Source: Lachnospiraceae bacterium
GTDB taxonomy: Bacteria; Bacillota; Clostridia; Lachnospirales; Lachnospiraceae
Length of the DNA stretch: 64,000 nt
Direction: 5' to 3'
NCBI GenBank assembly: GCA_017620375.1
Contig: JAFZQN010000080.1
Location: 8,130 to 72,129, forward strand
This document shows, piece by piece, positions 46,625-56,069 of this stretch. Under the pieces are notes generated by a model. The model was not told the origin of the DNA, ran no database searches, and saw only the letters and a list, made by a program, of their open reading frames with translations. The translations under genes were made by a program, and so were the position numbers. The stretch's first letter is position 1; the number at the start of each line of letters is the position of its first letter.

Positions 46625-48574
46625 TTACCTTTTGCAGGTCTGATATAAGATGCAATTATATATCGCAATCACGTATTTTAAGAAACTTCGTTGTCTTTTG
46701 TCATTAAAATCCATGTTTTTCAGGTAATCCGGAATCAATTTAAGGTTAATTGATTTTGCTAAGTTTTTTGGAACATCTTTAAAGGTTTCCGATAATAACG
46801 GACAAAGCGCTCCCCAATCTCTTTGTATGCGGTTGACATAGTCGGTATTTAAGTAAGCATGCTGCTGCCGGTTTTCCAGTATTGAAGGAGGCAATAAATT
46901 GCGAAAACCATGGCGGGTGAGCCATCTTGTTTCTCCGTTAAAAGCAAAATAGGAATAAGGTAACCTCTTGCAAAAATCGATGATCCTGATATCTTTTGTC
47001 GGATCGCGCAATATCATATTGTGAGCAAGCCCCATTTTTGTCTCGAACGCACCCAGATACATAAGCAGAGCTTTACTTTGCAGATATTCCGGATAAAATA
47101 CATGATCTATGAACTGCCTGCTCAACGTCCGTTTATCAACGGTAAACCGCTTTTCTAACTGATAGTTTTCAAGGATATAAGGTAATAAAAACGGATTCTG
47201 AGGTACAAACGAGGATGGATCAAAGCTTGCCGGAGCATAGTTTGAAAACATTGAAAGACATTTCCTGAGAGCCTTTTCAGGTTCAATAGTCTGATGTTGG
47301 CAATATTTATCCAGATAGGAAATGAGATGTTCCAGGTCTTTAGCCATATATAAGTCATATAATATATGATGTAATTCTCCAAAGGAGACGGTGGAATTAC
47401 CGAAGATTCCATTAAGTATGATGCGACAGTTTTTCTTCCCCGCTTCTTTACAGATTTCAAGGTGGTTGGGAATAGCACCGCTTTTATATGGCATTTCGAG
47501 AATAATCAGGCATTCTGATACGTCTTCAAAGCAGTTTTTTCCTTGATTTGACAAAAATTCGGGTTTGATATTCGGGTACATGTTACACAAGTCCAGGACG
47601 GGTTGTGACTCATCGAAAAGGACATTCGTATCATGCACCGTAGTTGTTTTTAATGCAGGATGAGGCGTGAAAGTAAAGGAATACAGATTCTTCCCGTACC
47701 CGGCAAGGTTTTGACTTGCAAGTATAGCGATACCGGAGGAATCCAGACCGCTGCTTAATGCAATCCCGACTTCTCCGGTGGTATTAACAGCATCACTTAT
47801 ACAAGTACGATAGAGCTCCATAAACATGTCAGAACAAAGTTCGGGATCTTCCGGCATTTTGGAATTAACATCAATATTATTGTATTCTTTTGCACAAGTT
47901 GTATCCCCGGAAAAATATTTTATTGTTCCTGGAGGCATCATATATATGTTCTTATAGGGCGTCTCTTGCGGAACAATATAGATCAGGGACGGATCTGACA
48001 AAAGAAAGTCTTTGAAATAATCCTCGTTGTATTCTGTTTTGTAATCTGTTTCCGATTCCAGAAAAAGCCTGATTGGGTTTAAAAGGGTTGAAAATACTAT
48101 TACATCAGGAGTCTGGGTATAATACAGACAACGGGCACTTACAGGGTCACTGATCAGAGACAATCTGCTTGTAGTTTTATCAAAGATGGCTATGCTATAG
48201 AGTCCTGTGAAATGGGAGAAAGCTTCTTCGCCCAAAGTTAGATATGCTCTGTACATCAGTTCATCATCAGAGATCTTTTTTAGATCGTTAACGGAATCTG
48301 AAGTGTTCAGAAGACTGTATATTTCGTCACGGTTATCCAGCAGGCAGTCGGCGGCGAAGATAAGATGCTTATCTGTATCCCGGATGGGAGAGAGGGGAGA
48401 AGGGGATTCTGTAATATGTTGAATGCCACAGCCCACATAGATGTCTTTTGAGAGAAAATGAGCGTAACTGTCAACCTTACAGCTATTACTGTAAGCATTT
48501 AAAAAGATTTCATGTATGCGGTCTGTAAGATGGATCTTGTTATTCTTGGGTATAACTCCCCAAATAGCTGACAT
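46625..48574 (-). CDS. Asparagine-synthetase-like lasso cyclase (C protein), module 3
   Basis: 649 aa with 'MSAIWGV' (no Cys2) and PP-loop variant 'ALSSGLDSSG'. RBS AAGGAG. Confidence 0.8.
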   Translation of the reverse strand: MSAIWGVIPKNNKIHLTDRIHEIFLNAYSNSCKVDSYAHFLSKDIYVGCGIQHITESPSPLSPIRDTDKHLIFAADCLLDNRDEIYSLLNTSDSVNDLKKISDDELMYRAYLTLGEEAFSHFTGLYSIAIFDKTTSRLSLISDPVSARCLYYTQTPDVIVFSTLLNPIRLFLESETDYKTEYNEDYFKDFLLSDPSLIYIVPQETPYKNIYMMPPGTIKYFSGDTTCAKEYNNIDVNSKMPEDPELCSDMFMELYRTCISDAVNTTGEVGIALSSGLDSSGIAILASQNLAGYGKNLYSFTFTPHPALKTTTVHDTNVLFDESQPVLDLCNMYPNIKPEFLSNQGKNCFEDVSECLIILEMPYKSGAIPNHLEICKEAGKKNCRIILNGIFGNSTVSFGELHHILYDLYMAKDLEHLISYLDKYCQHQTIEPEKALRKCLSMFSNYAPASFDPSSFVPQNPFLLPYILENYQLEKRFTVDKRTLSRQFIDHVFYPEYLQSKALLMYLGAFETKMGLAHNMILRDPTKDIRIIDFCKRLPYSYFAFNGETRWLTRHGFRNLLPPSILENRQQHAYLNTDYVNRIQRDWGALCPLLSETFKDVPKNLAKSINLKLIPDYLKNMDFNDKRQRSFLKYVIAIYNCILYQTCKR

Positions 48575-48585
48575 TGAATGACTCC

Positions 48586-49518
48586 TTAACTTTCATTGAC
48601 GATTTTTTCAATCAGTTCCGCTATCCCTTCAGTGGAATCTGAGTTGTTTCTTCTTACAATCTGGTACATAGGACAAAGAGAAGAAAAACGAAGCGTGGGT
48701 TCAGCCAGTTCTTTTTCATGCAGATTTTCTATCAGGCAGGCATGCAGAAAAAGAGCTTGTTTACATGCTTCCCATGTGGTGATACCCTGTAGTTTACACC
48801 ATGCAAATGCCGGAGGGGTTTGAAGATGGTCACCATCTATTGGGAGTGTATAGGATACTGCCAGATGGATCATGGCATGGACCGGTGCCTCTTTTTCATA
48901 AAAAGAAGGTGCCGGGACCAGATATTTATCTTTCTTTTCATTAATATATTCTAAGTTGTTCTTATCAAGTTTTTGAGATTCTATCACATTTCGGCAGAGC
49001 TTTTGGTAAGGAAATGCAGGATAGGCCATAGGGCGATCGGGGTGAAAAGGATCGACCACGGTCATATCGTCGGACATGAGTCTGAATCCTTTTTTTAACA
49101 GCGCGTTTGTGATAGTGGATTTACCGCTCCCGCTTGGACCTCCGATCAAAACGGCACGCCCGCCCTTTGTGATACAGGAACAGTGAAAGGCCAGTTGTTT
49201 ACGTTGCAAGAACAGCATGGCCATTCCGAATCCCAGGATATAGGAAACAAGAGATTTGGAATATGGATGCGGTTTGGGCTGATATATTATTTTCTTGCCG
49301 TTTAAGATCAATAAATTGCAACCGTCGTTTGAAAGGAAACCGATATCGGAAGAATAATGATAGGATTTACCGGGCATTTGATCATAGGGTGCAGGCATGC
49401 TGCCCAGCATAACATATATGGCCTGATCCTCAGCACAATCCGTTGGTTCTGTTTTTTGTAATATCGGCATTGCGAGGTCTGATATTACAGACTGCCCGTA
49501 TATCTTATAATAATACAT
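48586..49518 (-). CDS. HPr-kinase-like kinase (PadeK-type), module 3
   Basis: 310 aa with 'YKIYG', 'FHCSCITKGGRAVLIGGPSGSGKSTIT' and 'YPAFPYQKLC'. Confidence 0.78.
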   Translation of the reverse strand: MYYYKIYGQSVISDLAMPILQKTEPTDCAEDQAIYVMLGSMPAPYDQMPGKSYHYSSDIGFLSNDGCNLLILNGKKIIYQPKPHPYSKSLVSYILGFGMAMLFLQRKQLAFHCSCITKGGRAVLIGGPSGSGKSTITNALLKKGFRLMSDDMTVVDPFHPDRPMAYPAFPYQKLCRNVIESQKLDKNNLEYINEKKDKYLVPAPSFYEKEAPVHAMIHLAVSYTLPIDGDHLQTPPAFAWCKLQGITTWEACKQALFLHACLIENLHEKELAEPTLRFSSLCPMYQIVRRNNSDSTEGIAELIEKIVNES

Positions 49519-49676
49519 CGGTTTTCCTCATCTTTCTGAAACGTTACGGGATAATTATACCATATATTTTCGCATATAGAAAGGAAAAAGATGCTTATAT
49601 TTTGCGTTGCGAATTGGCAAGGATAGTGGTATAGTAATATGGTATCGTACTAAAGTAAGGAAACCAGGGGACTATC

Positions 49677-51206
49677 ATGAAAATAGAACGTACGAAAAAC
49701 GCTACACGAAATATAATGTTCAACGGAATGTCGCAGATGATGAATATGCTCGTTCCGTTTATTATGCGTTCCATAATACTGAATTTCCTGGGAATGGAAT
49801 ATTTGGGACTGGGAGGATTGTTCAGATCGATACTTTCTATCCTGAATCTTGCTGAGCTTGGTGTAGGCAGTGCCATGGTGTTCAGTATGTATAAGCCGAT
49901 AGCAGAGGATGATACGGAAACTATCTGTGCATTGATGAAGCTGTACAGAAAGTTTTATCGTTTAATCGGTCTGTTTATCCTTAGCGTGGGTATGGTACTG
50001 ACACCTTTCCTTTCCAAACTTATCAATGGAGAGGTTACAGCGGATGTAAATCTGTATGTGCTGTATTTTATGAATCTGGGAAGTACGGTACTTTCATACT
50101 GGCTTTTTGCATATAAAAACTGCTTGTTAAGTGCACATCAACGTGGAGATATTGCCAGTAAAGTGACAATGATAGTGCATTTTACGGAATATCTTTTGAA
50201 AATACTCGTGCTGATATTGTTTAGAAATTATTATGTATATCTGGCTATTCAGATACTGTCACAGATAGCAAATAATGTTTTTGTGGCATTAAGGGTAAAC
50301 AAACTTTATCCTCATTATTCCCCCAGAGGAGAGCTACCAAAAGAAAAAGTACGCAGTATAGCAACCCGTGTCAGGGACCTGTTTACATCCAACTTTTCTT
50401 ATGTAATATCGAATTCTGCGGATACATTGGTCATTTCGTCGTTTTTGGGAATAGTTGTACTTGCCGTATATCAGAATTACTTTTTCATTATAACTTCTCT
50501 TAAAACCATGATAGAGGTAATAGTAGGAGCCTGTATAGCAGGTATCGGCAATAGCTTGGTTACGGAAAGTGCAGAGAAAAATTACAAAGACTTCAAGAAG
50601 ATGACTATCCTGTTCGGATGGCTTATGAGTGTAGCCGGCTCGATGCTGCTCTGTATGTATCAGCCATTTATGCATATCTGGATGGGTGAAGAAAATATGC
50701 TGGAGTTCGGATATGTTATCTGCTTTGTTATTTATTTCTATTCTATAGGAATGAATAAGCTGACCAGTATGTTTAAGGATGCGGCCGGAATATGGAAGAT
50801 AGATAAATGGAGACCATTAACAGCAGCATTTGTCAATCTTGCTCTGAATCTGGCCACGGTTAATTGGATCGGACTGTACGGAGTATTGTTATCCACGGTT
50901 ATTTCAATTGTGTTCATACAGATTCCGTGGATATTTCACAATCTTTTTAAGGTCGTATTTCCTCATGAACACCTGTGGGAATACGTGCGAATGTTTAGCG
51001 GTATAGTGGTAATAGAGATTATATGCTGTGTGGTATCTTGGTTTGCCTGCTCATTTATCCATTTGGGAGTTTGGCCAACACTTATCATAAATGCGGGGAT
51101 AAGTTTTGTAATACCTAATATCATATTCTTCGCCATATTTGGAAGAAACAGTATGTTTAAAGAGTCAGTAGCACAGATAAAAAGGGTAGTATTAAGGAGA
51201 AAATAA
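49677..51206 (+). CDS. MOP-superfamily polysaccharide flippase (Wzx/SpoVB/MurJ-like)
   Basis: 509-aa polytopic membrane protein. Confidence 0.65.
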   Translation: MKIERTKNATRNIMFNGMSQMMNMLVPFIMRSIILNFLGMEYLGLGGLFRSILSILNLAELGVGSAMVFSMYKPIAEDDTETICALMKLYRKFYRLIGLFILSVGMVLTPFLSKLINGEVTADVNLYVLYFMNLGSTVLSYWLFAYKNCLLSAHQRGDIASKVTMIVHFTEYLLKILVLILFRNYYVYLAIQILSQIANNVFVALRVNKLYPHYSPRGELPKEKVRSIATRVRDLFTSNFSYVISNSADTLVISSFLGIVVLAVYQNYFFIITSLKTMIEVIVGACIAGIGNSLVTESAEKNYKDFKKMTILFGWLMSVAGSMLLCMYQPFMHIWMGEENMLEFGYVICFVIYFYSIGMNKLTSMFKDAAGIWKIDKWRPLTAAFVNLALNLATVNWIGLYGVLLSTVISIVFIQIPWIFHNLFKVVFPHEHLWEYVRMFSGIVVIEIICCVVSWFACSFIHLGVWPTLIINAGISFVIPNIIFFAIFGRNSMFKESVAQIKRVVLRRK

Positions 51207-51848
51207 TTGAGCGGATTATACTTAAATGTAATGTATTTTTGTGGAAAATATGATTTTGATGCAGAATGGGATTTTGCTTGGCGACATATAGGCGGCATGA
51301 TGAATTCGCATTTTTATGATGTGATAACATATGCAAGTGCTTTGACGGCCTGCGTGGTTATGTTTTTTATCAAAAAGCATATCAAGTATAAATGGGTTAA
51401 TATATTAATGGCATCATTTATGTCTTTTGGGATTTATGGTATTTGTGCTATATATTCTTACAGATTGAGAATGAACAGTATATGGTCCTTTATTGCCTTT
51501 GTAGCTCCCATGGCTTATCTCACGATCATCGGGCTACTCCGAAGAGAGTGGATATACCGTGTTATAGTATATAGTTCTGCACTGTTTATCGCCACATATA
51601 ATTACATATATTGCATTATAAATGAGGACCATCATAAGATGTGTTATTCATTGAAATTATTTATTCTTGCTTTCGGTATAGGTGGTTATGTAAAAAATAT
51701 TGTTGCGGATGTAAAAAGAAAGAAGAGTGCAGCAAATATAGTAACGACAAATAGTACACCGGAAAACACAACAGAAATTGTTGTTGAAGTTACTCCCAAA
51801 AATGAAAAATCCGGAGAAGCAGATACCTCTCCGGAACAAGAATCATAA
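51207..51848 (+). CDS. Polytopic membrane protein of unknown function with a charged C-terminal tail
   Basis: 213-aa ORF with a TTG start 6 nt after AAGGAGA. A later ATG start is possible. Confidence 0.4.
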   Translation: MSGLYLNVMYFCGKYDFDAEWDFAWRHIGGMMNSHFYDVITYASALTACVVMFFIKKHIKYKWVNILMASFMSFGIYGICAIYSYRLRMNSIWSFIAFVAPMAYLTIIGLLRREWIYRVIVYSSALFIATYNYIYCIINEDHHKMCYSLKLFILAFGIGGYVKNIVADVKRKKSAANIVTTNSTPENTTEIVVEVTPKNEKSGEADTSPEQES

Positions 51849-51853
51849 TTTAA

Positions 51854-52939
51854 TTATTTAACTAACTTCCCGAACAGCCTGGAGAAAAATCCTTTGGGCT
51901 GTTCTTTTATTTCTTCTTCGGCTTTAGGCTGTTCCTGTTTGAATTGCTCATATTCCGCATCGAGGTTAAAGTCGTCGGCGGTAAAGCCTTCGCCGTAAGC
52001 GGGAGTGGAGTTCTCTAACGCATCCTGCTCTTCAGGAGAGAGCCTGTCAAATTCTTCCTGAGTCATCATGCCCTGCTTAGCTACGGGCTTATTACCGTGG
52101 TTACCTGACTTTTTGCCCTTTTTATGAGAACGTTTTGTGGTAAATACGACACCGGGGTTTTCGCCGGGACGGTTTACACGTATTACGGGTTCGGGAGCTT
52201 TGGGCGGTGCGGGGTATTCGTCCTCATATGTCTCGGAATCTGAGGAATTGCTGCCTGTACTTGCGGAAGCACCGGCCTTTTTATTATTACCGGCATTTCC
52301 AGACTTAGTATTTTTTCCGGATGCAGAAGCATTCCCTGTTTTTACTGCCTCAGCAGTTTTGCTGTCAGAAGCACCTGCATTATCTGCATCGTCACCTGTT
52401 TCTACTTCTTTACCTTCCTCTATCTCCCTTAATCTTTCTTCTTCTTTTTCCGCTTCTCGTTCGGCACGTACATCCTCGAGTACTTTTAAGTAGTTTTCGC
52501 TGTCGTTTAATTCCGCTAAGCTTTCCTTAAGCTGTGCACGGTTTTCCTTTAACGCTTCCTGCTTCTCATCCATAGCTGCAAGGAATTCCAAGTACTGTGT
52601 ACGGATACTCTGTGTAGTGGTATCGATAAGAGCTGCAAGCTCGTCGATGGCTGAGTCGGTAAATGTAAGTGAAGCTGCCTGTACGTCTTCAGCGCCTTTT
52701 TTAGCTTCGGCTATGATCTCGGAAGCCTGACGTTCTGTCTCTAAGCGGGCCTTTTCCTTTGCACGTGTCGTAGCCTCATATTTGTCAAGTACCTCATATA
52801 TGGCTTCGTTCAGCTGCTCGAGCAAAGTGAACATCTCGGTTTTGGAAAGTACCACAAGATCGGGTGAATTCTGGTAGGCTTCACTCTTGGCAAATAAAAT
52901 ATGGATTTTTTTGACGATTTCTTCAACACGTGTAGGCAT
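51854..52939 (-). CDS. Coiled-coil protein with a low-complexity Gly/Ala/Ser/Asn- and Lys-rich C-terminal half
   Basis: 361 aa with heptad-like charged N-half. RBS AGGAG. Confidence 0.45.
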   Translation of the reverse strand: MPTRVEEIVKKIHILFAKSEAYQNSPDLVVLSKTEMFTLLEQLNEAIYEVLDKYEATTRAKEKARLETERQASEIIAEAKKGAEDVQAASLTFTDSAIDELAALIDTTTQSIRTQYLEFLAAMDEKQEALKENRAQLKESLAELNDSENYLKVLEDVRAEREAEKEEERLREIEEGKEVETGDDADNAGASDSKTAEAVKTGNASASGKNTKSGNAGNNKKAGASASTGSNSSDSETYEDEYPAPPKAPEPVIRVNRPGENPGVVFTTKRSHKKGKKSGNHGNKPVAKQGMMTQEEFDRLSPEEQDALENSTPAYGEGFTADDFNLDAEYEQFKQEQPKAEEEIKEQPKGFFSRLFGKLVK

Positions 52940-52964
52940 GTGAGTCTCCTAAAAATGTAATATG

Positions 52965-53017
52965 CCACCTCATCCGGCACTTCGTGCCACCTTCCCCTCG
53001 AGGGGAAGGCTAAGGTG
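52965..53017. repeat. GC-rich two-hairpin intergenic repeat, family B, copy 2
   Basis: cacctcatc, then ggcac-ttc-gtgcc, then ccttcccctcgaggggaagg, then ctaaggtg, abutting the stop codon of the response regulator gene. Confidence 0.65.
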
Positions 53018-53707
53018 TTAGATTTTAAACCTGTACCCTGCGCCCCAGATGGTCTCGATGTACTGAGGGTTAGAGGTACTGATCTCTATCTTTTCCCTGA
53101 TCTTCTTGATATGTACGGTTACCGTAGCAATATCACCTATGAGGTCTGCATCCCATATCTCTGCAAAGAGTTCTTCTTTGGAGAATACTCTGTTGGGATG
53201 CTCTGCGAGGAAGGTAAGAAGATCGAACTCCTTAGTGGTAAATTGTTTTTCCTCATCGTTAACATATACCCTTCTGGCAGTTTTGTCAATACGCAATCCT
53301 CTGATCTCGATGATCTCGTTGGGAGTTCTGGGTGCACCGACCAGTCTTTCATAACGGGCGAGATGTGCCTTTACACGTGCTACAAGCTCGCTGGGGCTGA
53401 AGGGTTTTGTCATATAGTCATCGGCGCCTAACCCTAAGCCGCGTATCTTATCGATGTCGTCCTTTTTGGCAGATACAATGATTATGGGCAGATTCTTATG
53501 CTCACGGATATTTTTACATATCTCAAATCCGTCCATGCCGGGAAGCATAAGGTCCAGTATCATGAGGCTGAAATCCTCTTCAAGGGCACGCTTTAATCCC
53601 TTTTCGCCGGTGTTTTCTATTGCTACTTCAAAATCGGAAAGTTCTAAGTAATCCTTTTCAAGCTCTGCAATCTCATTTTCGTCTTCAATGATCAGTATTT
53701 TTTCCAT
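53018..53707 (-). CDS. OmpR/PhoB-family response regulator
   Basis: 229 aa with 'ILIIEDE' and 'LMILDLMLPGMDG'. Confidence 0.9.
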   Translation of the reverse strand: MEKILIIEDENEIAELEKDYLELSDFEVAIENTGEKGLKRALEEDFSLMILDLMLPGMDGFEICKNIREHKNLPIIIVSAKKDDIDKIRGLGLGADDYMTKPFSPSELVARVKAHLARYERLVGAPRTPNEIIEIRGLRIDKTARRVYVNDEEKQFTTKEFDLLTFLAEHPNRVFSKEELFAEIWDADLIGDIATVTVHIKKIREKIEISTSNPQYIETIWGAGYRFKI

Positions 53708-53732
53708 ATATATAGTCCTTTCTTTACTTTTA

Positions 53733-54920
53733 TCAGGGTTTTATCTTAGCGGCCACATCCAGGATCTTCCAAGGTTTCTTTCGGATCCCTGTATCCTCTA
53801 TCTCTCCGAGCTCCAGCGAAGCATTGGGAGAGCCTTCTTTAAGAAGTGTAAAGGAGATGGAAGTACCTTTTCCCGGAAAACTTTTTGCGGATATGGTTCC
53901 GTTGTGGTCTTCGATGATCTTTTTGGTAATGGCGAGTCCGAGTCCCGTACCGCCCTTTTTGGAGTTACGGGATGAGTCTGCTCTGTAAAAACGGTCGAAG
54001 ATGAACGGGATATCCTTTTCGTCTATACCGCTTCCGTTGTCCTGAACACTTATCTTTACGCTGTCTCCGATATCCTCGGCAAGTATTACGATGGAACCTT
54101 CTTCCTTATCCATGTACTTTACGGAGTTGCCTATGAGGTTGTTCATGACACGGCGCAGCTGCTCTAAGTCAGCTATGATACACTGGTCGGGCTTAAGTTT
54201 GCTTATATAATCAAGCGTAACATTTTTTACCTCGGTATCCAGTGACATTTCCTCAACGCAGTCATTAAAGAAATTATCAGCATTGATGATCTTGAAATTA
54301 TAAGGAACGATATTGGTATCGATCTTGGAGAAGAAGGAGAGCTCGTCTACCAGAACTGCCATATCGGCAGCCTTTGTATATATGGTCCTTAAGTACTTCT
54401 TCTGTTTTTCCGGAGTATCGGCAACACCGTCAAGTATTCCCTCCGTATATCCCTTTATAGCGGTAAGGGGGGTTTTAAGGTCGTGGGAAATGTTGCTTAT
54501 AAGTTCTATGGTATCCTGTTCATATTGCAGTCGTGTATCAATCTGTTTTTTCAGCTGAACACGCATCTCCTCAAAGTCCTCGCACAGCTGCTCAAGCTCG
54601 TCGGTAGATTCGGGCTCGGTAGGCAGGGTAAAGTCAAGATCTCCGTCCTTTATCCTGTTGGTGGCTATAGTCAGAAGGTTAAGCGGTCTGATGATGCTTC
54701 GGTACAGCCATATGATAAGGACAAGGTCGGTTACGATGATGATCATGACAAGAGTTGTAAGTGCCTGTATGATCGAAACCTGTACCATGCCATCCGGCAT
54801 TCCGCCGAAATGCTGTTCGTCAATTAACTGTCTGGTAACAAAAGTCAATGCGGCGAACATGACGATCGGGAGTATGAGCAAAAGCAGGAACGTAACTATC
54901 AGTCGTTTTTTTAAGCTCAA
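53733..54920 (-). CDS. Sensor histidine kinase (2 TM, short outer loop, HAMP, HisKA, HATPase)
   Basis: 395 aa with 'ISHDLKTPLTAI', 'DNGSGI' and 'GTGLGLAI'. TTG start with RBS GAGGTG. Confidence 0.85.
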   Translation of the reverse strand: MSLKKRLIVTFLLLLILPIVMFAALTFVTRQLIDEQHFGGMPDGMVQVSIIQALTTLVMIIIVTDLVLIIWLYRSIIRPLNLLTIATNRIKDGDLDFTLPTEPESTDELEQLCEDFEEMRVQLKKQIDTRLQYEQDTIELISNISHDLKTPLTAIKGYTEGILDGVADTPEKQKKYLRTIYTKAADMAVLVDELSFFSKIDTNIVPYNFKIINADNFFNDCVEEMSLDTEVKNVTLDYISKLKPDQCIIADLEQLRRVMNNLIGNSVKYMDKEEGSIVILAEDIGDSVKISVQDNGSGIDEKDIPFIFDRFYRADSSRNSKKGGTGLGLAITKKIIEDHNGTISAKSFPGKGTSISFTLLKEGSPNASLELGEIEDTGIRKKPWKILDVAAKIKP

Positions 54921-54962
54921 ATTATCACCTCGAAAGTAATCATTATCATGATTATACTATTC

Positions 54963-55005
54963 AAAAAAAAAGTACGCAATACAGAAATGATCGTTTATGC
55001 GTACT
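54963..55005 (-). terminator. Rho-independent terminator after yaaT
   Basis: Minus strand: agtacgc-(21-nt loop)-gcgtact followed by TTTTTTTT. Confidence 0.55.
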
Positions 55006-55057
55006 TTTAATATTCTTTTAATGGTTTATACAGAGCTTTTTTAGTTTAAAAGGAAGA

Positions 55058-55972
55058 TCAGTCATCCAGGTGGCTTCCGGCTTCCTTCTTTTCAAGAGCT
55101 TCCAAAGCTCTCAGCTCTCTCATTTCATCGGGAGTAGCAGTCTTTTCGTGATGCTTGCGGGCCTTAAATATCAGATCTTCAGCCTTATAATCTTTTGCTT
55201 CCCTGTCGCCGTTGGCATCGGTAAAGATGATCTTTACTATCTGTTTTAAAACGCTTACACTGTGTACTTCACCCTCTAAGCCGTCTCTGGTGGTCACATG
55301 GTCACCTACGTTTGGAAGATTGGAGTTAAGATACTCATAGGCTTCTTCTTCATTATTTAAACAGCACATAAGTCTGCCGCAGGTACCGGATATCTTGGCA
55401 GGGTTAAGAGAAAGATTCTGTTCCTTTGCCATCTTTATGGAAACGGGGCAGAAGTCTGAAAGATAAGTGGAGCAGCAGAGCGGACGTCCGCATATGCCTA
55501 AGCCGCCTAAAGCCTTGGTCTCGTCTCTTACACCGATCTGACGGAGCTCTATACGGGTCCTGAATACTGCAGCCAGGTCCTTTACAAGCTCTCTAAAGTC
55601 GATCCTGCCGTCAGCGGTGAAGTAGAAGAGTACCTTGTTGTTGTCGAAGGTGTATTCACACTCTATAAGCTTCATTTCTAAGCCGCGGTTGGCAATCTTT
55701 TCAAGACAGATATTAAAAGCTTCCTTCTCTTTTACACGGTTAGCTTCATTGGTTGCGATATCCTCGGGAGTGGCCTTACGGATAACGGGCTTTAAGGGTT
55801 GTACTACCTTATCGTCCTCTACTTCCCTCGGGTCAAGCACTACTGTACCGAACTCGATACCGCGTGCTGTCTCTACTATAACATAATCATCCTTGTGGAA
55901 ATCAAGCCCTATCGGGTCAAAATAATATATCTTTCCGACTCGTCTGAATCGTACTCCTATAACTTTGATCAT
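55058..55972 (-). CDS. yaaT: PSP1-domain protein (stage 0 sporulation protein YaaT/RicT family)
   Basis: 304 aa with 'VIGVRFRRVGKIYYFDP' and the Cys-rich 'GICGRPLCCSTYL...CGRLMCCL'. Confidence 0.85.
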   Translation of the reverse strand: MIKVIGVRFRRVGKIYYFDPIGLDFHKDDYVIVETARGIEFGTVVLDPREVEDDKVVQPLKPVIRKATPEDIATNEANRVKEKEAFNICLEKIANRGLEMKLIECEYTFDNNKVLFYFTADGRIDFRELVKDLAAVFRTRIELRQIGVRDETKALGGLGICGRPLCCSTYLSDFCPVSIKMAKEQNLSLNPAKISGTCGRLMCCLNNEEEAYEYLNSNLPNVGDHVTTRDGLEGEVHSVSVLKQIVKIIFTDANGDREAKDYKAEDLIFKARKHHEKTATPDEMRELRALEALEKKEAGSHLDD

Positions 55973-56069
55973 TTGTCAGTCCTCATGTTTCTTTTTTTAC
56001 ATCGCAGACCATTATATAAAAAATATAACAATTCGTCAAATAAAAAAACTTTATTACTTTGGCGGGGAT

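Noticed and set aside
52137-52530. Plus-strand ORFs of 118 and 69 aa
   Set aside because: They are antisense to the low-complexity half of the coiled-coil protein gene. Repetitive composition explains the open frames.
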